In this document: piece after piece, positions 50,400 through 63,892 of the stretch | Layout of the letters: the number at the start of each line of letters is the position of its first letter | How positions within the stretch are numbered: position 1 is the first letter of the stretch | Assembly: GCA_030141605.1 (NCBI GenBank) | Contig: JAQGDQ010002366.1 | Coordinates: forward strand, 8,660 to 72,659 | From: Tubiluchus corallicola | Taxonomy: Eukaryota; Animalia; Priapulida | Direction of reading: 5' to 3' | Length of the DNA: 64,000 nucleotides | Notes under the pieces: generated by a model | Told to the model about the DNA's origin: nothing | The model's input: the letters and a program-made list of their open reading frames with translations, nothing else | Database searches by the model: none | Made by a program: the position numbers and the translations under genes

Positions 50400-51267
50400 A
50401 TAAAATTATAAACTAAACGAGTTACTGTGAGGAGGAGGAAGGAGCATTGAGTTTCGAGTCCTCCTCCAGATAAGTGGAACAATTGACAATTAACATTACA
50501 TAGTATTTTCATCAGTTATAACGTACATTAGAACATAATAAGTTTTGTTAGTAACTTAAGATCAGGACGAGTAAAATTGTGAGTTAATTAAATGTAATGA
50601 GTAATTCTTTGTTGCTTTGTTAAATTGATAAAGATTAAGATTTTTCATTTCACGCGGAATTGATGACCATATTTTAATAGCATTATATTTTGATGACTGT
50701 TTCACTATATTTGTTTTTGGAAGAGGGAGTACATAGTTTCCGACGGAATATCTTGTGTAATGATGATGTTGATTTGAAACTGGACTAAAGTATGACTGAA
50801 AAGCTGGTGGAAATAGTGAATTATGATACTGATACATGAAATGAAGACAATACATGTCATATATTTCTTTCACTTTGAGAGTTTTAACAGACTAGTAAAT
50901 TATATTTGTGGGATGGTCATACCTTACATGATATATCAGTGTGAGAATTTTGTTCTGGGTGATTTGTAAAGCTTTCAGATTACTTTTATATATACCACCC
51001 CAAGACATGACGCCATATATTAGATATGGGTAGACTAGACTGTAATAGATTTTCATCAATGTTTCTCTATTAACAAACTTGCGTAATTTATAGATGATTC
51101 CCAAGGTTTTTCTCAATTTATGCTTTATTACACTTATTTGGTGCTCATCAAGAAATATTCCCAAATATTTAACATGTGACTTTTTTCAACAATAACATTA
51201 CTAAGAACTATGGTTATATTTCTTGATGGTTTTCTCCTTTTCTTTTTAGGAGCATGAAGTCCTTTAT
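50400..51267 (-). mobile_element. L2-type LINE 3' fragment inserted into the BEL LTR
   Basis: KYLGIFLD, YYSLVYPYLIYGVMSWG, HYTR, KYNAIKIWSSIP (ORFs 50892..51164 and 50562..50873); splits the LTR homology. Confidence 0.85.
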
Positions 51268-52269
51268 CAGTAAGATATAATTCGAAAACCACAAGTACAT
51301 ATACACTGTGACAAGGTATGTACGAAAATGAGAACGACAGGTCTACAGAGTATAAAGGTTACAGGCTTGTGGTGATTCATTTCAAGTGGTAATGTGTAGT
51401 AGGGATATACAGTCGCATTCACATCTGGCTCCCCCAAAATGTCTAATGAGAATTTTACACTGTGTCCAGGCTCCCCGATGGGGGATTCAACTAATTCTCG
51501 CACTCAGTGATGAGAACCAGCTTGGTGTTTGGTCGTTCCATTTCGCTGTCTTGGATCTTCAGTCTGACGCTTCTGACATCACCACCAGTTTCGGTTGTAT
51601 ACGTTGAATGTACGAAAATGAGAACGACAGGTCTACAGAGTATAAAGTATATTGGCGCGTGGTGATTCATTTCAAGTGGTTATGTGTAGTAGGCATATAC
51701 AGACGTATTCACAATATTACAGTTGGCATTATTCTTTTGGATACTGAATCTCTGATTAGTATACACTTAAATGGTAGTGCCCTACTAAACCACGACCAAA
51801 ATGTCGTCATGTTTGATATTGTTCGAACATACATAAAAATACTCGTTGATTCGTTTATTAATGTGGGACATTTTATGCTTTTGCTTATTAGTACGTAACG
51901 TTTTACTAATGTACGTATTTACATTGTATATTAATCTATTTCTATGCTTTTCGTCTTCAATAGTTACACCACCTGTATACCATTTCTTCTTCCCGAGGCC
52001 TCTTCATCAGTGGTAACTGTGGCCAAAAATTATTTGGTACTAATAAAAATATGGTTATATAAAAAACAATGCTGTAAGGAAACAACAATGCATTACGTTA
52101 ACGTAATAGTCCGGTCTGTTAAGGCCAATTTTTGATGGAATGGGGACTGACTGGATACAGTTACGAACATTCAGGAATGAATCATTTGGTCATTCTAACA
52201 GTGTTTTGGACATTTTTATAAAATTTTGCGTTTTGGTCCGCTACCCGGCACACTAGAATGTCAAGAAAT

Positions 52270-52500
52270 AGTGCTTAGTGTCTAATCCTTACACAAACAT
52301 TTCTGCTGAACAATCCCCGCCGCTTGAAAGACACAGTATTTTTTATGACAAAAACAGCTCATTTGCTAGTGTAAATGAAACCCAAAAATATATATTTTGC
52401 AAGAAAAATAAAAGCTTGGAAAGTCTGCCGGCTACACAGAATGCACTAATCCAGCATACAAAACGTGCTGTCTATCAAGTATTTGGCCGAAAAGCGATCA
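52270..52500 (+). mobile_element. DNA transposon C-terminal remnant (probably Academ-like)
   Basis: SVNE..YIFCKK..LESLPATQNALIQHTKRAVYQ matches the 'LPPT..AL..H..RA.YQ' block I associate with XPG/CXC-bearing transposases. The family assignment is from memory. Confidence 0.45.
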
Positions 52501-53989
52501 CCCTGAAGAAAAGTCTCCATTACCAGTCGTATGCATGTTCCCTATACGTTGTAACGAAGAAGTTGATGACCTCATTATTATCGGCAATAAAGGCATAGAT
52601 GACGCCATAAGGTGGTGACACTTAACGTTTAATACACTTTTCATGTCTTTTAGTAATTTATTAGTAATCATTTACTGATTTTGCCATAATTAACAATAAA
52701 GCCTTTAATGACGTCACTACCAGCAAACTAGCTATTGGGCAAAAAAACTAAGCATCAATTTTTCACTTTTTATCATCATTTGATATATTTTTTGTTTATT
52801 AAAGCTTACCCGGCCATTAACTTCGCAAGTAAAGTAGCCTTGATATGATTGGGACAGGGTGCTGACGACGTCATAATCCCGTATAATCGTTCATAATCGT
52901 TCATGGCACTCAGACTGAATGTAAATTGCTTAGTATAGGTAATTAGCACACTTTGCATGAATATAGATGATATATATGACAAAAAATTAAGATTATCTAA
53001 ATTTGGAACATATGAAAGGGGTGCAGATAACGTCATCACTGCCCGTGCCGTACAACTTACACCCAAAATCCTTGTAGCAAATGGCCTATTAGTGCATTAT
53101 ACATTTCGTCACATTTTATGGCTTCGCTTGTAAGTTATGTATAAATATTTGATGTTATGAAATGGTGAGAGGGTACTAATGATTCATAATTTTATAAAAT
53201 GCCCAAACGCTGTTAAAATGGTCCAAGTAAACTCCTGAAAGTTTGGCAGCTGTATCCAGTTATTTCTCTTTTTCCCGATGATAGACCAGACTATTGATTT
53301 TGTGAAACGGATATAGGGAAACCGATGACGTAATTTGGTCATTTCGTGTGTTCCCAAGGTCACTGTCGCATTACAAAGTGAAAGCATCTTATTTGATGCA
53401 TTCATGCGTCGCGGCTTTCACACTTGCGATCACGTAAATACGTGCAAAAGCCGCAAAGCAAAGATCATATTATATGCGTAATAATGATAACATTAACAAA
53501 CAGCTAAGTTACTCATAGCATAGCCATTATGAAGTAAGAAATTTTAATAAGGCAAGGCATATATTTGAAGTCGTCAAACTGTTAGTGACCAGGAAAAGAT
53601 GGTCAATTCCTGGGTCGCCGAAAAATAGGCCAATGGAATATTATAATGGTAATAATAGATAATATATAATATATAATGGTAATAATAGACTCGATAACAG
53701 AACAATAATAACAGAATGACAGACCAGTACAAATGTATACGGATGACGAGAATGAATACTGGATTTTTAGAAAATGATTATAATGTGCAAGTTAAAATTA
53801 TTACCAGCCATTAGCTAGTATAGATAGACGAAAATTTAAAGACTGCTATCAGAGGAACAAAGATAAGTGGTTAAGACGAAATAAATAGGACAGATAGCAG
53901 CAAATAGAAGTTCTGATGATAATAAAAGGTTGGGAAGAGATAGTTGTTTAAAGAACAACATTAAATCTACACGTTCAATGGACTACAGA

Positions 53990-56900
53990 GCAGAAGTAAT
54001 TAAGGACAATGATGACAGAGCAAAATTAGTAGTCACATTAGAAAGTGAAGATATACCTTTTTGCAAAGTTAAGATAGGCCAAAAGTGACAACCTACATTA
54101 ATAGACTCAAGCGTGGCTATTAACGTTATTGAAGAAAAACTTTTTAGTGCATTGCCAAAAAACTTAAAAGGTCGAGTACAGCCACCCAACCGAGACTTAA
54201 CATTGAATACAGCAATGAAACATGTTGCTAACTTAATCGGGCAGATTGTTTTACCAGTAGAAATTGGTCAGGACACCTTTCATTTACTTTTTCACATAGA
54301 AGAGCAAATAGCGAAACCATTGATTTTGGGAAATACATTTTTTCATAAATCAGGAGCAATTTTAGATATTGCTAATTCTCTTTTGTTTATCGATTTGGAG
54401 GTTGTTCGTTTTTCTTCTCTGGATAAGCTACATCATGATTTGACTTTCTTTATCAAGGCTCATGAGAAAATTATTCTTCAGAGTAAAACGGATGTTCTTG
54501 TTAAAGCTTATGTAGGAGGTGTGAGAAACTTCAACAGGAATACTACACGTTTGTTCATTAACTTCATTGCCAATTTTTAAGCAAGATAATGATTGTCAAG
54601 CTGTTCCAGTAGTGGTCAAACACAGAAGAGGCTTAATTTGTATCCCTATGTTGAATATTGGATCAGATTTTGTCGAAAGGGGAAGTAATTGTGATTGCGA
54701 ATCCAGCACCAAAACATTATTGCTATCAAGTGTCAAAATCATTAGAGTGCACTTCAATTACGGAAAGAATTCCCGAGATTTACTGTAAATTATTGAAGAA
54801 AGTTGTAAGAGTTCTGCTATTGATAAAGCTCAGAGAGTATCACGTCAATTTAAATTCAATGAAAAGATTTCCATTATTGCTAATCAATCGAGAAAATCAT
54901 CCTAGAGACAAACTTATGTAGATGTTATGATGCAAACAAGGAAGAATCCTATTATGACGAATCGTTTTCACAAAAAAATTGGGAGACGAAAAAGAGATAC
55001 CAGCCGCAAGATGTAAGAGTATATGATGGAAGACCAGGCAAAACACAAGTTGTTTTTCATGATAGACCAAAATCGCGTATATACTATCAACAATGATTGG
55101 CAGAATAAAAAAAGACACATATCAGAATTGAGAAGACGCAATTAGAGAAGAGCCGAGAAAAAGATTTTGGTGAGAGGGTTACTCACAGTGAAGATTAACG
55201 GATTAGTACAAGAACTACTGCTAGACAATATAAAAAATTTATATCTAATATGTCTTCTAGATAGAGTTAAGAAACTCATTATCGCTGAAAGAGATTGTTT
55301 TACAAGTAAAGATAAAGATTTAGTGGGAACAACAGAGGCAGAATTTAAAATACGTTTAACTGATGACACACTATTCAAATGTCGTGTCTATCCCGTACGA
55401 ATACATTTGGAAAAGGTAGTAGATGACACCATTGAATCACTCTTAAAAGCTGGAATAATCAGTCCATATGATGCACCGTACAGTAGTCCTGTACTATTAG
55501 TGTGTAAGAAGGAGGAATGTTGCAGGATGTTGCTTGACTTTCGATATTTGAATTCAAGGACAGTCAAGGACAATATACAACGACTTCGAATTGACAGAAT
55601 TCTAAATCGTCTCTATTCTAAGCCGAGAAGAGACTATTTTTACTGTTTTGGATCTCAAAAGTGCTTTTCAGGTAGATACCTATGAGACAAAATTCTTGAG
55701 ACTAGGCAACATTTACAACTTATCATGGTAGTTTGTATAACTTTAACGTTTGTCCCTTTGGAGCTACAAATTCTCCATCAGCATTTCTTAAATTAGCCCA
55801 TACTTTGGTTAAGGATCTATTTACGGACGATAAGAGGCACAGACTACATTGTTTTGTACATGATCTATTAGTTTCAGAACCAGATGATGAGATTCATTGA
55901 AGACTTGCAGGATGCTTTTGACAGACTAAGGAAAGCAAGATTGAAATGTCAATTGCAAAAATGCAATTGTTAACCTCTGGAGTTGAATATTTGGGATATG
56001 TAGTAAAGCCCGAAGCCAGAAAAGATAGTGGTAATTCAAAATTTAGAAATACCCAAACTCAAAAACAAGTTAAGGCTTTCATTGGAATAGCTCATTTTTA
56101 TAGAAATTTCATACCTGATTTTGATGGAAAAGCTTAATTAATCACTTTTACAATTACTTAGAAAAGGACAGTAATTCATACAGACACAAGAAAGAAATCA
56201 AGCTCCCAGATCAAAAAAAAAGCTTATACAATTCATGCGGACGGTAGCAATTTTGCAATTTCGACAGTCCTACAGCAGACTGACACTAATGGTAATGCAA
56301 CGATCCTAGCTAGTAGCCCAGCATCGAGACGTGTTTCCATTAAATGAAGCGGCACTCCAAAAACAGGACTCTCTGGACTTACTAGGCATGCTCGTCTGTC
56401 CGAACCTAGGTCTATGCTCCCAAACCCTGAGATGTTAAGACGATTTGACGTATAACGGACCCCCAACTATGTATATTAAGATTGCTACTAACCAGAGATT
56501 TCCCAACACGCTACAAACAGTTAAATCCGCCAGTAATATGTACTGCGAATTGAGGAAGTACGGTGCGCTGTGTCTGTCGATGGAAATAATCGCTCACACT
56601 CTGTGTTTCTGTGATGTATAGAGCTACCGATGCACACAAACCTTGTTCATTCACTTATATATTTAAATATTCATGGTTGATAACTATATTAAGTATTACT
56701 TAATATTTATTAGTATGATTCACCCTAATGTATCTATTTCTGGTAAAATAGTATTTCGTTATTTTAGGCGCAATTATGATTGAATATGTTATTTTAGGTG
56801 ATGGTCCTGCCACATGTTCTAATACTGACTCCGAGTAGGATTTCTATTCGCATTTTGGTATTAACCTGTTAAACATTTAGACTTGCTACTATTTGTGTGA

Positions 56901-57353
56901 TCTTATTTCAGCAGTGGTTCCTGACAAAGTACTTCTGCAGCCTTAACACGCAACACAAACGCAATAAAACCGAAACACTAAACAAATGAGTTAAAATATG
57001 AAAGCTCCCGACTAAATAACTTTTATGACGAAATAGTGTTTACATTGACAAGAATTTCAGGAAGTGACATGATATGAACTGATATAAGTTACACAAATGG
57101 AACAGATAGGGAAAAGATTATTTTAACAACCTGAACGTTTAAAAAGTTATTACTTCGACATAGATACAGTGATTTTATTGAAATTAAACAACTAAAGCCA
57201 AAGAGGAGGTGAACTAGGTCACCTGAGAGCAATTTCATAATGTTAACAAGTCTTAGTGCAAGGAAGTATAAGGCGACCTCTCACCACAAGCTCCCGTCTC
57301 TACTCTAACTGTCTAGCAAGTAAAAAATGGAGCGATTCCACTCACTCACTCAC

Positions 57354-57401
<48 letters not shown>

Positions 57402-57471
57402 CCTCTCCTCTCCCTCTCTCCCTCTCCCTCTCCCTCTCTCCTCTCCCTCTCTCCCTCTCTCTCTCTCTCTC

Positions 57472-57560
<89 letters not shown>

Positions 57561-58400
57561 GATGAACACATTACCGGAAACTCCACCGACTGCACTAACG
57601 TTCAGAAAATATCAAAAACATTTTGACTTACTGAACACTCCGGAAAAGATAGATCAATACTTAGTGGAGATAAAAGATAAGACTGACAGATAAGTAAAAC
57701 AATACAAAGAAAAATTAGGACTATATGACAATCACAGTCCAGATGAAACAGATGAGGATGGTTATTGTTCTGAACAAGAGGAAGAAGGTTCAAGGACAGA
57801 AATGCCATTAGATGTGCATTCAGAAGAAGTATGGCAAGATGAAGACCCAATATCAAATGTACCAGATGTGACAGATACATCTGATGCCTTCGATGCACTT
57901 AACCAGACACAATCAACTAAAAAGGGGAATAACAATACTTCATCGCGAGAAAAATTGCTAGAAAATTAACAAATGGAGGCACAATCTCAGACTAACATAC
58001 CAATAACCCGTACTAAAGAACATTTGCCAATAAATCTCGAATTAGTGTTAAAATGGCAAGCTGAAGACGAATATTTAGCTGAAATTATTCATATTCTTAC
58101 TTTCCCCGTCAACCGAAATCGAGACGAGGAATAATTTTTCATCGCTGATGATAACTATTTTGATAGGATAGAACAGACTGCGTCAGTAAATTGTGAACAA
58201 GAATTATTACGATTGGCTATACTTGCAAGACTTTTTAATACCATTATTGACTTGTGCCATAATACATATGGACATTCAGGTTACGCTAGTCTTTATCAGA
58301 GGCTTAAAAATCGTTACTGATGGCCCAAAATGCTTCAACAGATTATTTATTTATCAAAGAAATCAAGGAAAGCAATCAAAGAACAAATTGATAATGCTCT
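53990..58400 (+). mobile_element. Highly degenerate Gypsy pol (PR-RT-RNaseH-IN) with internal insertions
   Basis: LIDS..INVI protease (~54098), YSSPVLLVCKK..RMLLDFRYLN, CPFGATNSPSAF, VEYLGYVV, VKAFIGIAHFYRNFIP, HADGSNFAISTVLQQ (~56234), integrase zinc-finger start HNTYGHSG..LYQRLKNRY*WPKM (~58258-58333). Confidence 0.88.
57339..57557. repeat. Compound (CACT)/(CT)/(CTGT) microsatellite
   Basis: Seen directly. Confidence 0.98.
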
Positions 58401-59843
58401 CGCACAAGAACTGGACAACTGGATGAAGGAGAACACTGCAAGGAAAAGTTCTTTAGAAAACACCCAGGCCACGTTAAGCAAGATGTGAAACACTTAAGGT
58501 ACAAAACAGCTATTACATCACCGACAAGGAAAAAAGTGGCGTCTTATATGATACATTTTTCAGCGGAAAATATGTTGACAAGTCTGCATTTGATAACAAA
58601 TGGTACCGGCAAGTGCAACACTTTGCTAGTCCAACCTATGCCACAAGATGAAGAAACATTGTGGGTCACTGACAACTTCACCATGGAAAAAGTAATGCAA
58701 GCTATAAAAATACAAAATGTAATAATAAAACCTTAAACACAGATGGGTGCTGCCCACTCGTGATACGGACTTTTGGGCTAAAGTCGTGTTTTGAACTTGG
58801 TAAATATATGCTTAGAAAATAGAGTATGGTCTTCATATATTCTTATATATAATCTGGTAGGACATATTATAGTCATCTTAGCAACTACAGGCCTACAACA
58901 ATAACGGTAAATTATTATTGCTGTAAATTAGCTAAAAAATTATAGCACATAGGTTACATCTCTATACTTGTGATAAAGGCCTACTAGATGAACAGCAGGA
59001 GGGATTCAAATCGGGTTGCAGAACCACCTGACGCTTAGTTAGGTTGATATCTAATATAGAAGGAAAATTAATGCATAAATATGCCTGGATGGCTCATTGA
59101 GGTGATTTTAAAAAAAAAGCATTTGACAGCGAATTTGTGTCGAAGGCATGAGTCACTAAGAGTTTGTAAGCTGCAAATAGAGTAAAAATAATTAAATTTA
59201 TTTTAGACCCCTATTTCTTTTACTTCACAAAATTTCTGTATGCAACGATAAGAACAGCAACACGGTAGCAGCTGTAGTTACAAAACAAGACAACAACAAC
59301 TTTGAAGAAGCGTATACGGTGTGTAGACTTTTCTTGTACCCACGACAAATTATAATGTTAATCTTTGATTAAAATAACGTTTGTCGTCGATTTTAGAGAT
59401 AGGCTTTACAACGTTTATCAGCAGACAAAAGTTGTTACAGTTGTCGTTTTGACCTTACAACGTTTGTGATTGCAGATTTATAAAATTTAGCGTTAGTGTC
59501 GCGTTGTTATAGTTATTATAACGTTTGTGTAACATCAGCCGAGAAAATTACTTTCATTTGCCAAATTACTTAAATCGCTTTCTACATTTTCCTAATGTAG
59601 TGGACGATATTTGATGATTAATTAGGCTCTGGTCGCGCCACAAATAAACTAAATGATGAATTACATTTTATATAATCCCATGTTTTAGAAAAAGAATCCG
59701 AAAAGTAAAAGAGTACTTCTAAACTTGTAAATTATGTTTTGCTATCAGACAAATACGTAATCTTTTCACAGAAATTTTTTTATCAATTTACAAGTAAATA
59801 ATATTTAGCAAATACTCATGTTTCCTGCGTATTTTGTATTTTG

Positions 59844-59845
<2 letters not shown>

Positions 59846-59880
<35 letters not shown>

Positions 59881-59904
59881 TATCACATATATATATATAT
59901 ATAT
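59846..59904. repeat. (TA)n microsatellite
   Basis: Two TA runs just inside the intron after the S1-S6 exon. Confidence 0.95.
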
Positions 59905-59995
59905 CCTGAGAAAACGGATATTTTTTTCCGTTTTCTCAGGATATTTTTTTATTTCGTCTGTCATACTCTAATCTCAGCAAACATCTTTTGCTTAC

Positions 59996-60832
59996 CTGCC
60001 GCTTTAATATTTCGTCAGCTTGGATAAGGCGGCAATGTTTCTTTCTAGGAAGTTTTAATATAGCTTGAGCTCGTTCGTAGTACAAGGTAAAGTTATTCAC
60101 AATAACTGGCACTGGTAAGGCAATGATTAAAAGACCAGCTATAGCGCAGAAAAAACCAACTATCATTCCAGCTAGTGTCTTCGGAATTAAGTCTCCATAT
60201 CCGATTGTTGTCATGGTGATGAGTGCCCACCAAAATCCTCGGAATATGCTGTCAAACTGGCTAGGGATATCTTCTTCCGTTAACCGTTCAGCATAGTATA
60301 CTAGACTTGCAAATATCACGACTAAAATCATAATGATCATCACTAGCAACGTTAATTCTTTCACACTGGCTTTAATTGTGGTTACAAGGACGTGTAGCCC
60401 GCTTAAATGTCGAGTCAACTTAAAAATACGAAATATTCGGATAAAGCGAAAAAAATTGATAAATTCCGACATTTCCCAAGCTGCTGGAGCTGTAGTCGGA
60501 AAGACTGCTCGAACCGTTAGCAATGTCATTTTTAGATAAAACGGCACGAGAGAAAGAAGATCGACTAAATTCAGCGGTCCCTTGAAAAACTTTCTCTTTG
60601 AAGGTGCACAAACAAATTTGAAAATGAGTTCTGTGGTAAAATATGCTGAGCAAATGTATTCGACTATGTCTAGACTAGTGAGAGGCACGATGTGATATTC
60701 AGCAATGTAGTGATTACCAGATGTTCTATTTAAAGCATATAAAGGCACTGTCCTCTGGGCACCTTTGTACGTCTCAGTGCAGAAACCAAATATAGATATT
60801 CCCACAAAGAGCAAAGAAATGATATGCAGAGT
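59996..60832 (-). CDS. Shaw: Voltage-gated K+ channel, Shaw/Kv3 (KCNC) subfamily, exon encoding S1-S6
   Basis: S4 FRFIRIFRIFKLTRH, ASVKELTLL, IFASLVYYAER, pore FWWALITMTTIGYGD, S6 ALPVPVIVNNF..YY; acceptor TTTGTTTTTTAG and donor CAG|GTAAGC, both phase 0; no stops. Confidence 0.95.
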
Positions 60833-62051
60833 CTAAAAAACAAATGTAAAAGATTCATTAAATTTTATATATCTACTTTTAATAGCCAAAATAACGTAAT
60901 ACTGCATAGATTATGGTTTTAACATTGCATACGTTGGTAATAAATACAATGTTACTGTTGATCATTTTATTAAGAAACGCGAATCCAGTAATACCGTTAT
61001 TGTAGGGCAAACCAGTGCCAATGAAAACGATAATCTAATTAAAGAATTTCTAATGGGGATTTTAAAAATGCATGGGTGGTGGAGAGTTTTACTTTCTGAA
61101 CAATAATGATTTGAGTAATATACGTAGACACAACGTTTCGATGAAATTTCTTATTAATATTGTATTATAAATGTCTGTTATAAATCGCCTTTATTACTAA
61201 TCTATAATCACTTATTTATTTTTGCTTTTTATCTCTTGATGTACTAACCTTTTTTACATAATGATCGCACTGATGTATATATCGCGTTGATCGAAAATAA
61301 AGGATAATAATAAGTGTTCTGCCGTCGTGCTCTTGCTGTCAAGGTAGTGTAATAACCCCTGGACGATTTGAACCAGAATTATCAGTGGGCGAGAAGCCTC
61401 GGTACGAGTACCACTGTTATCGCATTGAGAAAGTAGATACTAACCCAACGCCTGGGAGACGTTGACCCGTACAAAATCTTGACTAATCTAGTAAACGTTG
61501 AAACTGTCAGATGTTTGAGACTTGCTAATGTTTTGTTAGTGTGAAAGAATCTTTGTAATTGAACTAAATAACTTTGGGCGTGTATGTGTGTGTAATTCCT
61601 GCTTTCGGACTAAAAGTTCAATGACTGGAATGTATGTGTTTGTTTTATTTGTAACAAATAAAACGATTTTATACTACTAGCTAGCTAAACATAAAACATA
61701 AGGAAGAATCTACTTTGAAGGGTTACCGCACTCTCACATTGGAGCCTGAAATAGCGGAAGCAGGCTTGTTCTGTTTGGCGCTTAAACTAACACCAGCAAC
61801 CACTGAACTCCACGAACCAGAATGAGGCATTTGTATTTATAGATTTTGGCATCATTTTGCACATGTAAAACAGATAAGTATTTAAATTTAAGCCAATCAT
61901 AAAGTAGATTTGTGAGTTTCATGCACTGTAAGATTACACATTTTGATTTACAGGGGTGTTTTTGCTTTGAAGCGACTTTGAAATAACATACAGTCCGTAT
62001 ATTTTGTGTCCTTGAGTGAGTGAAAGTTTGAAAGCAAGACAGGAGCTCAGC

Positions 62052-62168
62052 AACACAACAACAACAACAATAATAATAATAATGATAATGATAGTGATAG
62101 TGAGATAGTGATAGTGATAATGATAATGATAATAATAATGATAATGATGATGATAATAATAATAATAT
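62052..62168. repeat. Compound trinucleotide microsatellite (AAC/AAT/GAT)
   Basis: Seen directly. Confidence 0.9.
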
Positions 62169-62934
62169 CTATTTCTATTATCGTCATTATCACTATTATC
62201 ATTATACTGATAAATAACGATGATAGTAACTACTAATAAATTTTAAAGCTGAGTTACGCAAAAATTTATGTGTTAACTCACATAGTGCCATAAAGACTAC
62301 ATACACAACAATTACGTATTTTTATAAAACTAAGTATTTATAAAAACATTTTGCAGTAACCTTTAAGCGCTTGATAGCTATGGGTTGTAGCCTTATCAGT
62401 AATTACACACCGAGGTATGTCACTGACGATTGTGAGGAGGCAATAAATTTTCATTGAACGCTCAGCAGAGTGTAGAGCCGATAGGTGAACGTAGTCTCTA
62501 TTTAGAGTATAATAATAATGATAGTCTTGTCCTCTAGAAACTGTAAACCGTAAACTAAAAGGGAATTACGGAGATAGTATAATTAGAGAAGAATCGAAGC
62601 TTTCGAGCCAACAATAAATTTTCTAATAGCAAAGGAAAACTGTGTTAAATAGTGATTTTGATTAAATTGGCGACTAAATTATTAAATTAATAATTCAAGA
62701 TTAAATGCTTGACGATGCAAGATTAAACTATCGTCCTGGCTAGAAGCCTAGTTAGGTGGTGGCATCACGTGACCAGCTGATCTTCGACCGGCTGACTCAC
62801 AAGTAAAGATTGATGATGTAATCGTTATGCGCAGAAGCTCGCGGCGCATTAGGTAGTTAGACAAAAGTGAGGCCCGCACGCGAAATTTTTTTTTGCAACT
62901 GAGTTCCGGACAGATTATTTTCCTCATTTGCATT

Positions 62935-63071
62935 AACCAATCAGCGTCTATGTTGTTCAGGGGCGCTTCAGAGCAAGAAACCAATCAGCGTCTATGTTGT
63001 TCAGGGGCGCTTCAGAGCAAGAAACCAATCAGCGTCTATGTTGATCAGGGGCGCTTCAGAGCAAGATGGCG
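62935..63071 (+). repeat. Three tandem 44-bp units, each with CCAAT, ending in CAAGATGGCG
   Basis: AACCAATCAGCGTCTATGTTGTTCAGGGGCGCTTCAGAGCAAGA starts at 62935, 62979 and 63023. Confidence 0.9.
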
Positions 63072-63166
63072 ATCCACGTGTGTGAGTTCTGTGTGAAGGA
63101 ACCTGACAAATACTCTGAAATTTCTTCATTTGCGGTAAGATTATATTGCTAACTAATGGCTAAATG

Positions 63167-63892
63167 GGCGCTATTACACTTTCGCACCGCCTAGCTTTTT
63201 CTAGGTTATTACTCGTTTTTAGGCTCGTAAGTCATCATTCTTACGTCATCAGTGAATGTTTCCGCTAATCTAAGTGTAATTTAATAATATATTTAGGTAT
63301 AATTACCAATAATTACGCTGTATTCACACTTCTACACCTATACAGGGCGTATCGCCATCTTGTTTGTGTGTGTAGTCACGTGACGAATTTCGTACTAGTT
63401 TATGCATTATCAGGGCCTAGCTTAAAAGGCACGTGACACACTTTCATCTTCACCGCATTTACGAAATAAAGAAAAAACTTTTACTTTTTTATAATCTAAT
63501 AGTAATAATACTATAGTAATAAATAAAATTAATGATAAATAACTGTAGTCGTCTAAAATAATTTCCCGCGATACGATACAAACTCCCGTGGCTGCAACCC
63601 TAATAATCATAAATTATGCGAAGAAACTAAAAATACATGTTAAGGGCCACATCGTCACTGCGCGAGAGCGATTGCGCATTAGTGATGTAAACACGGTTAT
63701 TCACGTGCAGCTTTTAATGGCGGCGGTCGGTAAGTAATGCATGATTTTAATCTGGACTTATAAAGCGTAAGAAGCAATAATATTATGGGAATATGGTGTA
63801 TATTACGCCTGTTGGTCTGCTTTCTGGCCTGCAGGCGTGAAAACAGCCAATAGGCCAGGAAAAGCTAGGCGGTGCGAAAGTGTAATAGCGCC
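63167..63892. mobile_element. Non-autonomous TIR element (MITE), Mutator-like by its 9-bp TSD
   Basis: Perfect 33-bp TIRs GGCGCTATTACACTTTCGCACCGCCTAGCTTTT; TSD GGCTAAATG at 63158-63166 and 63893-63901; no transposase ORF. Confidence 0.9.

Larger units (their letters stand above)
45245..51713 (-). mobile_element. Degenerate BEL/Pao LTR retrotransposon with a tandem, shared-LTR arrangement and nested LINE fragments
   Basis: Pao-type pol on minus: LLQGPNLTNSL, RRGILSAIYSMYDIMG, HFSDA..GYG..YLR..SKARVSP..TVPCLELCAA, integrase C..C..PFTYCGTDLFGP..LRSDRGTN, VESIINSHP..W+RVQYLVDQFWSRW. PPT-like GGGGAG next to the LTR. LTR copies at 45245-45799 and 50068-51423 (split), partial at 51608-51713. Confidence 0.92.

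Noticed and set aside
51963-52017. Minus-strand CTGATGA...GAAA hammerhead candidate with GTTACCA/TGGTGTAAC stem
   Set aside because: Stem II and stem III cannot be formed convincingly; at best a decayed relic.
56310-56640. GC-richer insert interrupting Gypsy RNase H, possibly a structured RNA or SINE
   Set aside because: I could not identify A/B boxes, TSDs or a convincing fold, so it is left uncalled.
58995-59045. Possible tRNA/SINE B-box on the minus strand
   Set aside because: Only a degenerate B-box-like 10-mer; no cloverleaf or A-box support.
59936-59995. ORF-track C-terminus VSKRCLLRLEYDRRNKKIS of the channel
   Set aside because: It follows a strong donor CAG|GTAAGC and runs toward a (TA)n tract, so it is most likely intron read-through.
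60190-60225. KCNQ assignment from TIGYG
   Set aside because: The surrounding S4-S6 (FKLTRH, ELTLL, YYAER, PVPVIVNNF) is Shaw/Kv3-type.
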